From Octopus vulgaris (Eukaryota), in the NCBI GenBank assembly GCA_951406725.2, contig OX597819.1, positions 123,070,001-123,134,000 of the forward strand: a stretch of 64,000 bases of DNA. The letters run 5' to 3'. Within the stretch, counting starts at the first letter, position 1. Each line of letters begins with the position of its first letter. Of this stretch, positions 51,100 through 64,000 are shown in pieces. The notes beneath the pieces were generated by a model, which made no database searches, was not told the DNA's origin, and was given only the letters and a program-made list of their open reading frames with translations. The position numbers were made by a program, and so were the translations under genes.

Positions 51100-52358
51100 T
51101 AATAAATATGTCAGTTAATAATATGTTCTCCTTAATTGTTGACAACTTCTTGCCAACGCTGGATTATCTTTTTAATACTTTGGCGGTAGAAATCATTGAG
51201 TCTTGACGCGAAGAATTTATCGAACCACGTTTTCAGCTCCTCATCGTTGTTGAATGAAACGCCTCGTAGACTACTGTAGTGTGCCCCAAAGAGATTATAA
51301 TCTGAATGCTCTTTTTCAGGAGTATATAGTTGTTTCGTAGCTCCCACCAACCGACTTCTTGAATTGTAATTTTTTGGTAAATCGGCGACGTAAGGGCGAG
51401 TATTATCATGTTGAAGAAGCATGCTGCGTTGCCTCCGGGTTGTTTCAGCTGTAAGTTTCGTTGAGCCGATGTAATTATCGAACGTAAAGTTCTGTATATA
51501 CTGTGTGATTGTTTGCTCGTATTTCGTAATGGATTAGCCCTGCCCAATCCCATCAAATACAAGTCATTGTATTGAGTAGATGCAGCCCTGACTTGGTTCG
51601 AGAGATTGCTTGCTTAACAGGACTGATTCTTTTGCTTCACATTCATGTAAAGTCAGATTTTTCATCTTCCTGACAATGCGGTACAAAAATCCCTATCTAT
51701 ATCCACGAGTAGCTCTGGGTCTTGCGAGCAAACTGGCATCGATAGGGGAGCTCTGAAGCTTGTCCCTTTCGTTCAGAGCGTGTGGCACCCATGCACTAAT
51801 TACCCGGATCTTACTCATCAATCAAATGTAACTGACATCTGTATCGTGAGAGCATCCCATCTGTTGGGGCAATTCCCAAGCTGACTGGTGTGGATCCACA
51901 TGAATGAGATTCTTCAATAGGTATTCATAGAACTGAACAGGTCGGCCAGAACGCAAAGAATCTGTGAGGTCGAATTTGCCCCCTTGAAAAGTAAAAAAGC
52001 ATTGCTGTACAGTTATTTTCCATTTATTTTTATTTTTTTCCTTGTAATATTGCCTTCTCTGTACACTACACAAATGTCACAAGCAACTTTGGCAGGTCTG
52101 GAAATTTGACTGAAAATGAAGAGTAGAAGATGTCGAAAAGAAATCATTTTTTCAACTTGGCATTACATCGCCATATGACCGAAGAGAGGTAATCCTATTC
52201 AAATTTCAAAACCCACGAACTTAAGTTGTACAGCCAAGATAAAATTACAGAAAGCCATAAAACATTTCGATAAAAATATGTTTCGATAAGAATATCTTTC
52301 GTGTTCATTCAAATACCATTGCAAAGAAGTGAATGACTTTATAAGATAATCCATTAGT
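51100..52358 (-). mobile_element. Decayed mariner element
   Basis: Minus-strand LQHDNTRPY, YTPE...SDYNLF (YSPDLAPSDYHLF), DSLRSGRP, and WVPH. Ends are approximate. Confidence 0.85.
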
Positions 52359-52828
52359 TGAGAGCTAGCTCTATTACTTTGTCTACTCTTGTTACTACGT
52401 CAAACATTTTCGGTCCTTATCCTTCACAATCTAAATCTCCGACATATTAAATTCTCATTTACTTCTAGTTTTTACCAGATAAATTATTCGCTCTCCTTTC
52501 TCATTTTCACCGGTCGTCACTAAAAGCCATATAACTCCAAAACATAAGTTTCTTCCACACTTCAAACTTCTTAAATCTCATGAAACTGTTCTCGTATTAC
52601 TCACGCAATTAATAGTTACATTAGAAAATATATAAAACACATCTTGACCATAGATTCATGAGAATATCATATATTAAAGAAAACAGGGATGCTGACACTG
52701 CAATATAACTGAGCTAAAAATATTCACCTCAATCTTTTAACTTTTACCTGTTTCAGTCATTAAACTGCGGCCATGCTGGGATGCTGTCTTGAAGAATTTT
52801 TGTTGAACGAATAGAACTCAGTTCTTAT

Positions 52829-52928
<100 letters not shown>

Positions 52929-53062
52929 ATGATATGCAAAAATAAGATCTAAGGTTCCAGGTGTAGAATGTGAGTAAACTTCGAGCAGTCTGTAGAAGAT
53001 ATAAGAACTTTTAGGAACAACAGTGTTTTATTGGAGTAGAAGATTGTCAATTTTTCCCAAAC

Positions 53063-53204
53063 GCAGGAGTGGCTGTCTGATAAGTAGTTTGCGTACCAAC
53101 CACATGGTTCCGGGTTCAGTCCCACTGCGTGGCACCTTCGGCAAGTGTCTTCTGCTAAACCTTGTTTGTGGACTTGGTAGACGGAAACTGAAAGAAGCCC
53201 ATCG

Positions 53205-53275
<71 letters not shown>

Positions 53276-53520
53276 GTGCGTGCGTGTGTGCGTGCGTGTG
53301 AGTGTGTGTATGTATGTATGTGTACGTGATTGTGTGTCTGTGTTTGTACTCCCAGTATCACTTGATGTTGGTGTGTTTATGTCCCCGAAACCCAGCGGTT
53401 CGGCAAAAGTTATCGATAGAATAAATACTAGGCTTCCAAAAAAATAAGTCCTGGGGTGGATTTGTTCGACTTAAAGCAGTGCTCCAGCATGACGGCAATC
53501 AAATTGCTGAAATAAATAAA
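53063..53520 (+). mobile_element. SINE family A
   Basis: Head, internal TA/TG microsatellite and diverged tail. Confidence 0.85.
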
Positions 53521-53861
53521 CGAAAAAAATATCGGAGTTCGATAAGCTGAAAAAAGTTATTTTACAGCTCACGGTTAGCAACTGGGGTTGCTATGTGTGA
53601 GAATAAAAATCCAGATTTAGGGAATGGCGCACATGAAAACCAAGTTACATATGTTTCGTTGCTAACAGAACCACAGAAGTAGTAATTTCTCAAAGAGGAG
53701 TACTCCACTAGAAGCTCATCAGGCCGAAGATACCTTAGTCAAATGAAGGTTACATTGTCGTGAAGGGAGCTGAAATTAAGAGGAGATATACATACGTTAG
53801 ACTTCATTCAGTCTATGCCTTCTATTTTCACACGCAAAGGTTTGGTCGGCCAGAGGCTATA

Positions 53862-53920
53862 GCAGACGACATTTGCCCAGACGACATTTACCCAGACGAC
53901 ATTTGCCCAGACGACATTTG
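53862..53920. repeat. 4x 15-bp repeat CAGACGACATTT(G/A)CC inside a degraded minus-strand SINE-A
   Basis: Directly visible. Confidence 0.85.
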
Positions 53921-54821
53921 TCACGTGTATGGCTGGATCTGGAACCATTGGTTAGGAAGCAGACTTCTTACCACAGAGCCTCTCTTGCACCTACGATGAC
54001 GTTTTCTTGATGTTAAACTTATTTATGCTAGAAAGGGGGGCAAATACAGAATCAGCTTTTCTTTTCTTTGATTTTTATTTTTTTGGTAATGGCTGAAGAC
54101 ACGTCGTATATGACCAATACAAAAATTGAGGTTATGAAATAGCAGAGTAGAGACAATAATGTACATTAGATACAATAATGTGTTTACTTTAATAGTAATT
54201 GTAAAAGTCTAGAGAAGCTCATGCGAAATGCACAACAGGTATAGATCAAAGATAGGCCTTGAGAAATTATGTCAGAAAGGAATAGAATGTACTTTAAATG
54301 TTAATAAAGGGTGATTGGTAATAAGAGAGATTGAACCAAGTCTAAAGATATTTGATTAATGATAGAATAATTTGTTTTTGGTGATGAATTTGCGTCAATG
54401 GAGAAGTGCCCTGATTTGATTAATAATATAAGGTGTTAAGAAGAAAGGCGAAAACTGGAAGAATGTATTATAATTTCTTGAAAGAGTGAGAATTCTGCTG
54501 CATGCAAATTAAAGCCAGGAATTAGTTTTAGACTGGCTCAAGACCAGTGCTTACCGATAAAGGAAAGATTCATAACGGAAAAAATCGTGGAGTATGTAGC
54601 GTAACATCAATCCCAGATAGCTTGTCTTGCAGAGGTTCAAGCACTTTTGAAAAATAAAGGCTTTGCTGAGATATAAAGGTTAAGGGACTGAAACACTCAA
54701 AGAGAAAGGAATCTGCGTGCGACTAGTTACGCCTGAATCAAATATGATGATGAGATAGGCAAAACAAATAGTCGATATCGACGGATGACTCACAATGGTT
54801 TTGTCTCATATCAATAGTATT

Positions 54822-54887
<66 letters not shown>

Positions 54888-55213
54888 TATATAAACCTCA
54901 ATTTTATATATATATAGGTATTAAGTTAGAGGGCTTTAATACCTCTAAGGGATAATTAAATCCAGAGTCACTCCTGGCTATTAGCTAGGTAGGTACAGTT
55001 TTCTGAAAGATTGTACGGTAGCAAGTGGTTCTGTTGGTGAACCGGAGTTTAGGTTATATAGGAGAAGAAAATGGATATAATAACAATGGGAGACTCATGG
55101 TTTACGCTGGCTTTAATTTAGGCATGTCTTTAATTAAAGACATGCCAGTGTAAACCATGAGTTTCCCATTGTTATTATATCCATTTTCTTCTCTTGTATA
55201 TATATATATGTAT

Positions 55214-55291
<78 letters not shown>

Positions 55292-55362
55292 GTGTGTATA
55301 TGTGTGTGTTGTGTTCGTGTGGGCGCTTGTTTGTGCGTGTATGTGTATAGCATGTATATATA

Positions 55363-55578
55363 CGAAGGGATGCTGAAAATTTCCTGGCTTTGAGTAAAAT
55401 AAAATACAGGAGGATCCGTTAATTATGATTTTATCCAAAATATTACCCTCTCAGTTTCACACACTTATAGCAGCGGTCGTTCAGTTTTCTAAGCCCTGTA
55501 AAAGTACTCGGAACGTTGGGCCTCCACCAAGGCCATTTGCGACGACATTAAAGCCAGGAACTTTTAAGAATACACTCG
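55363..55578. mobile_element. mariner-derived MITE (about 216 bp)
   Basis: TA-cgaagggatgctgaaaatttcctggcttt ... aaagccaggaacttttaagaatacactcg imperfect TIRs. Confidence 0.75.
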
Positions 55579-55946
55579 TGTCTATGTGGGCGTCCCTTGT
55601 GCTTATCCCCGACTACCGCTTGACAGTTAGTGTTGGCCTACGTACGATCTCGTCCCTTAGTAGTTTAGCAAAAGATCGATAATATAAGTACCAGGATTAG
55701 AAAAAATAAGTACTGGGCTCCATTTGATCGATAAAACCCTTCAAAGTGGCGCTCCAGCATGGCCACAATCCAATGAATGAAAGAAGTAAAAGAGGCAAAA
55801 GAAAAAGGCGAGAAAAAAAACTACATTAAATAGTTTTAGATTTACAAGAAACTTGCAAAGATTATGAATGTTCAGCATTTCATATTTTGAAGTAAGTTTG
55901 AATAGATGGGTCGGATATTTTAGCGATGCAGTGATGTAAAAATTTA

Positions 55947-56170
55947 AGCGTTAAGCGAAAGAGATCTGAGAGAAATAAAAACGAAAGAGGTCTAGGGAAG
56001 CAGTGCGATCAGATAAATAACCAGTTATTACCTTCGTATTGAGACAAATATTGAAATTTATGCGTAACTTTATGCGTTAAGCGAAAGAGATCTGAGAGAG
56101 ATAAAAACGATTGAAGCCCGGGGAAACAGTCAGATCAGATAAATAACCAGTTGTTAATTTCATATTGAGA
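55947..56170. repeat. Diverged tandem duplication of about 127 bp
   Basis: gcgttaagcgaaagagatctgagaga.ataaaaacga and atcagataaataaccagtt each occur twice. Confidence 0.85.
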
Positions 56171-56339
56171 TTAAAGTGAAGTGGCAATTTCGATAGATCT
56201 ATAAAGATTCCCGCACTCTCTCACAACTGTATCTTCAAATACATTTACAAAAGTACATTCTCTGATGCTCATATGGTCCATCATTCAAATATATAAATCT
56301 GTATGCATAGACTAGTATATACTTGTTGTCTGCTAGCGT

Positions 56340-56401
<62 letters not shown>

Positions 56402-56404
<3 letters not shown>

Positions 56405-56700
56405 CACTCCGTCGGTTACGACGACGAAGATCCCAGCTCATACGATCAACGGAACAGCCTGCTCAGGAAATAAACGTACAAGTGACTGAGCAATCCACAG
56501 GCACCCAACGTAGTTCTCAGAGAGGTTCAGTGTGATACAGAGTGTGACAAGGCCGGCCCTTGGAATTACAGGTACAACTCATTTTTGCTAGCTGAGTGGA
56601 CTGGAGCTACGTGAAATAAAGTGTCTTGCTCAAGGACACAATGAGTCGCCGGGAATCGAACTTACAACTTTACAATCGTGAGCCGAATGCCCTAACCACT
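56402..56700 (-). mobile_element. CORE-like tRNA SINE carrying the family-C tail
   Basis: tRNA head plus TGTGTCCTTGAGCAAGACACTTTATTTCAC..CCACTCAGC, followed by the same tail as 14857 and 50564. Confidence 0.8.
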
Positions 56701-56715
56701 ATGCTATATATATAT

Positions 56716-56837
<122 letters not shown>

Positions 56838-57134
56838 AAAAGAAGAAGCCAGAGAAAATTCTTTAACGGATCATTACAAATGTTTCAATAGCATCTCCAT
56901 TTGCAATGCCAGTGCATACGAGAATTCTAAAAGAAAAATCATGGATTTAGACATTGGAGAGGCACTTCCTCAGACTTGCATCAATGGTGTGCTATTACAT
57001 TGGGTGTCTTTCAAACCTTGTTGCTAGAGAAAATATCGGGAGAAAATAAAAAAGAAGAAAATTAAAAGTGTTGCCCGGACGACGGCCGGACCAAGAAAAA
57101 AAGGTCAGGCTTGGCCAAACACCGGCCACGTGGG

Positions 57135-57171
<37 letters not shown>

Positions 57172-57299
57172 CAAAGGGATAGAAGAATTAAGGAGGGACG
57201 AGAAAAAATGACAGGGACACAGTGAAGTGAAAAGAGGAGGGAAAGTGAGTGAGAAGAGAAGGCAGGGAAATGTGAGAGAGGTGAAATGTTGTATCCCTG

Positions 57300-57990
57300 C
57301 CGTAAGGGTGGCAGGGGAAACAGGTGCCACCATATGCACGCTTTTTATAGACCTCCAACTAAGAGGCACACTCTTCCACATTTTACACACGCTCTGCTAT
57401 GAATTTTAATAGCCACATCATTGTTTATCATGGGTCGATTTCTATGAGAATTTTGATGACTCACCAGGCCTGCACGACTCAAAATCCTCCGCCTACAAAC
57501 CAAAAACATAAAAAGTAACACTCTCTCACTTTCCACAGGTTTCCCTTCTAAGCCCCCTCCTAATTCTCTCCTACTTCACTCTCTCCCTCTCAATCCTTGA
57601 ACAACCATCATGCACTATCTTCCTCCCTCCCTCCATCCATCACGGTCTTGTGCCTCCTTCTCCCAATTACCAGCTACAATTCGTGTCTGTATTAGCGCAT
57701 TTTAAGGCAATCCTTAAACCTTAATTTAGGCCTTTGCACTGGTCTCCTCCAATCTTCCCGCTTACCATACAATAGCTGATTGGGCAGTCACTCATTAGTC
57801 ATCCTTACCAAATGTCCCTACACTTTTAAACGTCTTTGCAAAATCATTGACTCTAGACTTCTACTGCCACTCCTCTCAAGCACCTCCGCATTAATAATGG
57901 CCTTTTCCCAGTTTATACACTACATTTTTCTCAGCCAGTTTTGATGAAATCGTTCCAATTGCTTTACCTGCCTACGGTAAACCCATGCCT
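57300..57990 (-). mobile_element. RTE-clade LINE 3' fragment
   Basis: YRRQVKQLERFHQNWLRK..INWEKAIINAEVLERS..GHLVRM...LPNQLLYG...RPKLRFKDCLK, then terminal zinc-finger-like C..RRILSRAGLVSH...H and CVKCGRVC. Confidence 0.88.
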
Positions 57991-58095
57991 CACTTCCATA
58001 TATTGCATATGAATATATAAATATATATATAAACAAATATACACTTATACATACTTACATATATATGTACATATATATATACATATATAAACATA

Positions 58096-58158
<63 letters not shown>

Positions 58159-58324
58159 CAATTATTCACCCATACATACATGAATAAACACACATGTACA
58201 TATATATACATCTCCGTGCATACAGATTCATCTATCCACACATACTCCCACGCGCGCAGGCATGCACATATATCCATGCACATACACGTATACGAATATA
58301 CACACATACATACACACATACACA

Positions 58325-58367
<43 letters not shown>

Positions 58368-58491
58368 ATATACGCACACTCATATGCATACACACAGATA
58401 AACATACACATACACGCAACATATACATATGTATATATACATACACACATACATACACACAAATATACATATTCACATACACACACATATA

Positions 58492-59380
58492 TCAGGCTGA
58501 GTAAAAAGTAAGCAACGTTTTGAAACATGAAATTCTTCACAGTATATTCCAACAATGCGGAAATTTTATTCATCAAAGTAGGTACCATTACAATCAACAC
58601 ATTTTCGACAACGAGTTATAAGTTTATTTATTCCGGTAACATAAAAATCTTGAGTTCTGGCGCTGATGAACTCCTTGAACGCACTTTCATCATCGGTTTG
58701 AATTTTGAACTCCTTCTCTCACAGGAAACCATCAAGGTGCTCAAAAAAGTGGTAGTCGGTAGGAAAAAGGTCTGGGGAATAAGCTAGGTGGGGATAAAAA
58801 CCTCAGCGTCAAGTTCCCTCAACTCTGGAGCGTCATTAGCGAAACGTGTGGTCGAGTATTTTCATGAACAATGATTGGTCCTCTTCTGTTGACCGGTCTG
58901 CGACAGAACAGTTGCAGCTTCTCGTTCATGTTGGCAATTTCATGGCAATATGTTTCTGCACTGATGTTTTTTTTTGTTTTAAGAAGTTATAGTGGATGAG
59001 TCCAGCAGTACACCATCAAACAGCTACCATAACCTTCTTTTTGAAGAAATTGGATTTAGAGAAGATTTTCGGTACTTCATTTTGCTTCCCGACCACTGGG
59101 AGGAAGGTTTTTTTTTTATCATTATACAGAATCCACGTTTCATCGGAAGTTACAATACGGTCGAGAAACGGATCGGTCTGGTTACGGAGAAAAAGCGACG
59201 AGCAAATTTCATATCTGCGCACTTTCTGATTTTCATTCGAATCGTGTGGTACCCAGTTGTCGAGCTTTTTCGATTTTGCGATCGCATGCAAAGGGATGCA
59301 GACAGTTTTCTGACTAAGTTGAAGTTCCTTTGCCAGTTTTCGAGTGGTTTTACATGGTTATTTTTCAACGACGGTCTTTA
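58492..59380 (-). mobile_element. mariner fragment (5'-truncated)
   Basis: WVPHD, FLDRIVTSDETWILYND, KKVMV. The end tcaggctgagtaaaaagtaa follows a TA. Confidence 0.9.
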
Positions 59381-59468
59381 ATTGTTTCAAGCAAAGCTCT
59401 TCTTAAGGAACAAGAGACAGGAAATTTCAGCAAAAAAGAAGACAGAGGAAAAGAAATAGCCAACGATT

Positions 59469-59554
<86 letters not shown>

Positions 59555-59569
59555 GATTGATAGATACAT

Positions 59570-59685
<116 letters not shown>

Positions 59686-60606
59686 ATTTAGGAATGGTCA
59701 TTTTGCCAGTTTAGTTTCTTCTTTCTTATTTGTGTGTCTCTCCTTACTAACCGTCAGCCATTTTGATGCGGTCACAGGAGTGTAACGAAAGAACTCTGGC
59801 TGAAATAACATTAGGATTAATGTAAAAAATAAATAACGCTGAAGCAAAGTAACACCAAATATATATTTATTGGCTAAACTGACAAAAATGACCATTCCTA
59901 AATACAACAATATCTGTTTCAACACACGATTTCACATCAAAAATCTTGCACAACAAATATTTAAACGTATATATATACATATATATATATATATAAGGGT
60001 AATCATATATAAAGGTGTTCATGGGAAAACTCCTTTAAATAAGGTTTAGGAACCACTGCTATGGATGTTCGACGCACAGCTGCCAAAGCTGGATCCATTC
60101 CAGGACTCAGGTTTCCAAAACGCTCTTGAGTTACTAGGCTTATATTTTGAAAATAATGCGGAATCTACGATCTATCATTTATCGCAGTTCCGTCATAATT
60201 ATCATTCCACCTTTGAACTTCTCTGCCTCATGTTCAGAAATATTAGACCCTTTCTACCCTGATGACAGAGGCTCGATTTATCCTACGTTGATGGTTTCCA
60301 TTACGGCCTGCATATTGCGATATACTGCATCTACCGACATTATGACGGATCTCCGAGCCACCTGAAACAGCTGTTGGACGTATATCACCTTACTTCTTCC
60401 CCTTTTATTTTTCTGTGTCGTTTGTACTCTGTGTAAGTTGGTCCTGTTGATATAAATATCTGTATATTTATAGTTAAGTATTCATATTCTGTAAGTCTTC
60501 ACTCTTTGCTTTCCATCGTTTTGCAAGTTTACATATACACATATTTTGTATTTCATACCCAAGCTGTTATTTTTAATATATTTAATCTGTTTATCCGCAT
60601 ATATTG

Positions 60607-60652
<46 letters not shown>

Positions 60653-60865
60653 TTTCCCTCTCTCTTCTCTCTCTCTGTATATATATTGACTGTAACTCGA
60701 ATTATTACGAATTGGACAGCCATGAAACGATCGTAGTGTTATACTCATTATCTTTTTTTAATAATTTTGATATATATTTAAAATAATATAAATTAATTAA
60801 TCTTATGTATTGGCTTAAGTTTTTCATTGTATGATTTGCCTAATAGTGGTTTTATCTCTAATTTA

Positions 60866-60923
<58 letters not shown>

Positions 60924-61063
60924 AAATAGGGTAAATGTTTTTTATTTTTCATTCCCTTTCAGAATTGCAACTGTTAGTGGCTTGGAGTTTTAACTGCTCT
61001 TTATAGTGAGTCAGATGTCCTATTATGGTCATCTCTTATGTGTTTAAATGTACACTGTATTTT

Positions 61064-61153
<90 letters not shown>

Positions 61154-61347
61154 GAGAGAGGGGGAGAGAGAGAGAAAGAAAGAAAGAGAGATAGATAGAT
61201 AACTATAGATGTGTGTGTGTGTGTGTGTGTTAATACTTCGTTTGCATTAGTATACTAATTTTCGTATTGAAACTACTGAATGCAGTATCTTACCAGAGTG
61301 GGAGTCAACGGGAGAGGCAGCTGTTATGAGGGAACGTAAGTTATATA

Positions 61348-62594
61348 TTAGGCTGTTTCACAGGAAATGTCGCATTTTTAATTACTTGTTATTTCAGTCA
61401 TTAAAAATCTCAATTATGTATGCCTTGCATTTAATCTTGACTCTTTTTCTTTCCCAACAATACTGGAATACAAAATTCGTATCCGCAGACCTTATGAAAA
61501 TGATAACAACCAAACTATGTTGAGTGATTTTCTCGTATGAGTACAAACTGGGTCACTCTGCCGCAGATCCTCTACGAAATATCAAGCGGGCCTTTGGTAA
61601 TGGTTTTGTTGATATCAGAACTGTTCAGACGTGGTTCCAAAGCTCTCGTTCAGGAAATGATAGACTTGAAAATACACCAAGGGGTATGCCAAAATTAGTT
61701 ATGCGGCTTGATGGATTAAATGTTTTGGTTGAATAAAATCCGAGAACAAAAGTTCGAAAAATTTCATCAGAACTCCAAACATCTCGCATAACTTATTTTG
61801 GATACCTTTAAAAATTGAAAAAGTGAAGCAAGCAGGTAGGATTGTTCCACGTCAACTGAACGAGATTAAAAAAGCAGACGCCCTGAAGTGTGCTCCTTAT
61901 TGCTTTCTCGACTGGAAAAAGACAAATTTTGAATCAAATCATAACTTGTGATGAAAAATGAATACTCTTTGACAACAGCAGGAGAACAGGACAGTGATTA
62001 GATGCAGGAGAGTCAACAAAACACAACTCAAACCCACCATTGCACCATAGAAAGTTATTGGTCATTGTATGGTGGTCTGCGAAAGAATTTATTCATTATT
62101 CATTTTTGCAATAAGGAAAAACGGTAACAGCCACATCGTAATGCCAGGAAATTGGTTGTATGCATGAGACTTTGGAAAAGAAACAACCTGGACTGGTGAA
62201 GAGAGATGGCGCAATTTTGTTCCACGACAATGCACGTCCTCACACTTCTCAAGCTACAGTCCAAAACATGCAAAGCCTGAATTATAAGATTTTGTAATAT
62301 TCTCCCTATTCCCCTGATATCTCTCCTACTGATCATCACTTATTCAAGCGTTTTGAGCTTTTCATAAGCAATAAAGCATTCTTAAATAAAGAAGAGGTAA
62401 CTGAAGCATTCGGACAGTTTATCACAGCAAAAGATGAAAATATTTTTTAAAGACGGAATATATGACATAGAGAAACGTTGGGTAAACATCGTAAATGAAC
62501 ATGGATCATACTTTGATTAAATAAATCAGTTCTCTAACACTTCTGAAACATTTTATTGTTACCTTTCAAATACATTTCATGTGAAACAACCTAA
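61348..62594 (+). mobile_element. Full-length (1247 bp) mariner with inactivated transposase
   Basis: TA-ttaggctgtttcacaggaaatgt ... acatttcatgtgaaacaacctaa-TA. ITCDEK, FHDNARPH, PYSPDISPTDHHLF with stops and frameshifts. Confidence 0.95.
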
Positions 62595-62968
62595 TAGAGT
62601 GTACGATATATAAAAGAACAGTGATTAAATGAAGTAAGCGGTAGCATATGAATGAGAGGTAAACGAAACACGTGAGAATAGGAAAGTATAGAAAGATTGG
62701 AGGGTGACGGTAAGAAGTGAATTTAAACACGGGTTGAGTCTGACACACTACGAAGACTATTACTACGTAACAAAAGTTTTCACATCGCTATGTTTTAGAT
62801 ATCTTTTTCTATCTCCTATCTTTCAAAAGTTTTTTTTTCGATTGACCAGAATGATGCACTGAGTCTGTTTACTCTATAATAACGAAATGCAATCTTCTAC
62901 AGGAAAATGGAAACCTTTGATGACTCATATTTCCACTCAAGAAAGGCTTTCATAGTCTTTTTGTCGTA

Positions 62969-63828
62969 CGAGGGGGAACCCAAAAGGAACTGCAATTTTG
63001 CAACATTTTTTATTCACTTAGTTTTATATGTTTACAATGTTATAGCGTTCAAAATATTCTATATTGGAAGCAGTCCGTCGGTCCAGGCGTGTCTTGCACG
63101 ATTCTACTCTTGCGAGGTGATGCCTTTCAATGCCTCCGTCGTTTTTGTCTTCACCTCTTCACATCTGCAAATTCCGTGGCACAAGCTTTCGTCACCAGAG
63201 ATGATCTTCGAGAAAAGGTCCGGATCAACTTCCAACGGTTCGTTCAGTTCACGACACGTATTCAGTCGTCGCTACTTTTGACCTTCCGTGAGCTACCGTT
63301 TCATAAATTTTGACGCAACTGTTTTCTTTCACAATTCTTCACTCAAAATTCGTTGACAGGAGCTCCAGGACAAACCAGTCATATCAACAAATTCGCGAAT
63401 TGTTCAGTGGCGGTCGTCCAAGATCAGTTTATGAATTTTAATGATGTTTTAATTCGTTTGGGAGGTCTAAGTCATCTAGTAACAAGTGATGATTCTTAAA
63501 ACGGAAAAACCAGTTGTAAACATCTGCTTTGCTCATGGCAGCGTCATTGTAAGTTGTTTGAAACATGACAATTCTTTCGGCTGCCGGTTTCTGTAGCAGA
63601 AAACAGAATTTCCCGGAAGCATGCTGTTCCTTCGTTTCAGCCATCGCAAATATCGACGAACAAGGAAGAAACTCAGCAAATTAAAACGCACCACGTAACA
63701 GCACGACTTTACCTGACTATACCAATCGACAGACTGGTGCCTGAGGGTCACACCAAGTGGAAAAGCCTGAACATACAACAGGTGCATCCTACAGAACACG
63801 TTTCCGGTTACGTTACGGTACTCCCTTG
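62969..63828 (-). mobile_element. Internally deleted mariner (irritans/Hsmar2-like N-terminus)
   Basis: TA-cgagggggaacc ... ggtactcccttg-TA. EQ...KFCFLL.K.A.E...M.Q..Y.DAAMSK..VY.WF.RFK. Confidence 0.85.
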
Positions 63829-64000
63829 TACATGGTCAAACATCTTCCGCCATCACACGACTATAGTGTCTTGTAGGCTATTCAGTCCGGCATTTGTGAG
63901 AAATTCTTTATTCGTGATGTGGTCACATCAAGGCATTATCAGTATGGTCCTCAAACAATGTCTGTACAAGACAATTACAATTGTAGATTCTGCTGGTGTT

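Noticed and set aside
54150-54800. Faint minus-strand RT-like traces (LSKAF); similar traces at about 14400-14750 (+) and 22060-22700 (-)
   Set aside because: Too degraded to assign by eye. tBLASTx against a TE library would be needed.

Overview
AT-rich animal genomic DNA, most likely octopus or another cephalopod. This is inferred from the tRNA-derived SINE families and the very high (TA)n/(CA)n density and has not been confirmed. The only host gene is a rhodopsin-class GPCR of the FMRFamide-receptor-like type (1049-2161, +), which may have a short distal terminal exon at about 36.7 kb. The rest of the window is mobile DNA and microsatellite: one near-intact CR1-group LINE (about 25.2-30.9 kb), truncated CR1/RTE/Penelope fragments, several Tc1/mariner copies and MITEs, a non-autonomous Helitron, a Merlin-like MITE and dozens of SINEs. 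Main observations: (1) a ~98%-identical 306-bp inverted repeat with a complete type I hammerhead ribozyme in each arm (Penelope-like). (2) A LINE whose ORF1 combines a Myb/SANT-trihelix-like domain with a CCCH finger and is preceded by an 18-copy modular AT-rich array. (3) The same LINE shares its 3' stem-loop with the local microsatellite-bearing SINE family. (4) A second SINE family occurs as exact 184-nt head-to-tail multimers. (5) A SINE-SINE unequal crossover produced a 1057-bp tandem duplication. All coordinates were read by eye, and the ends of degraded elements are approximate.
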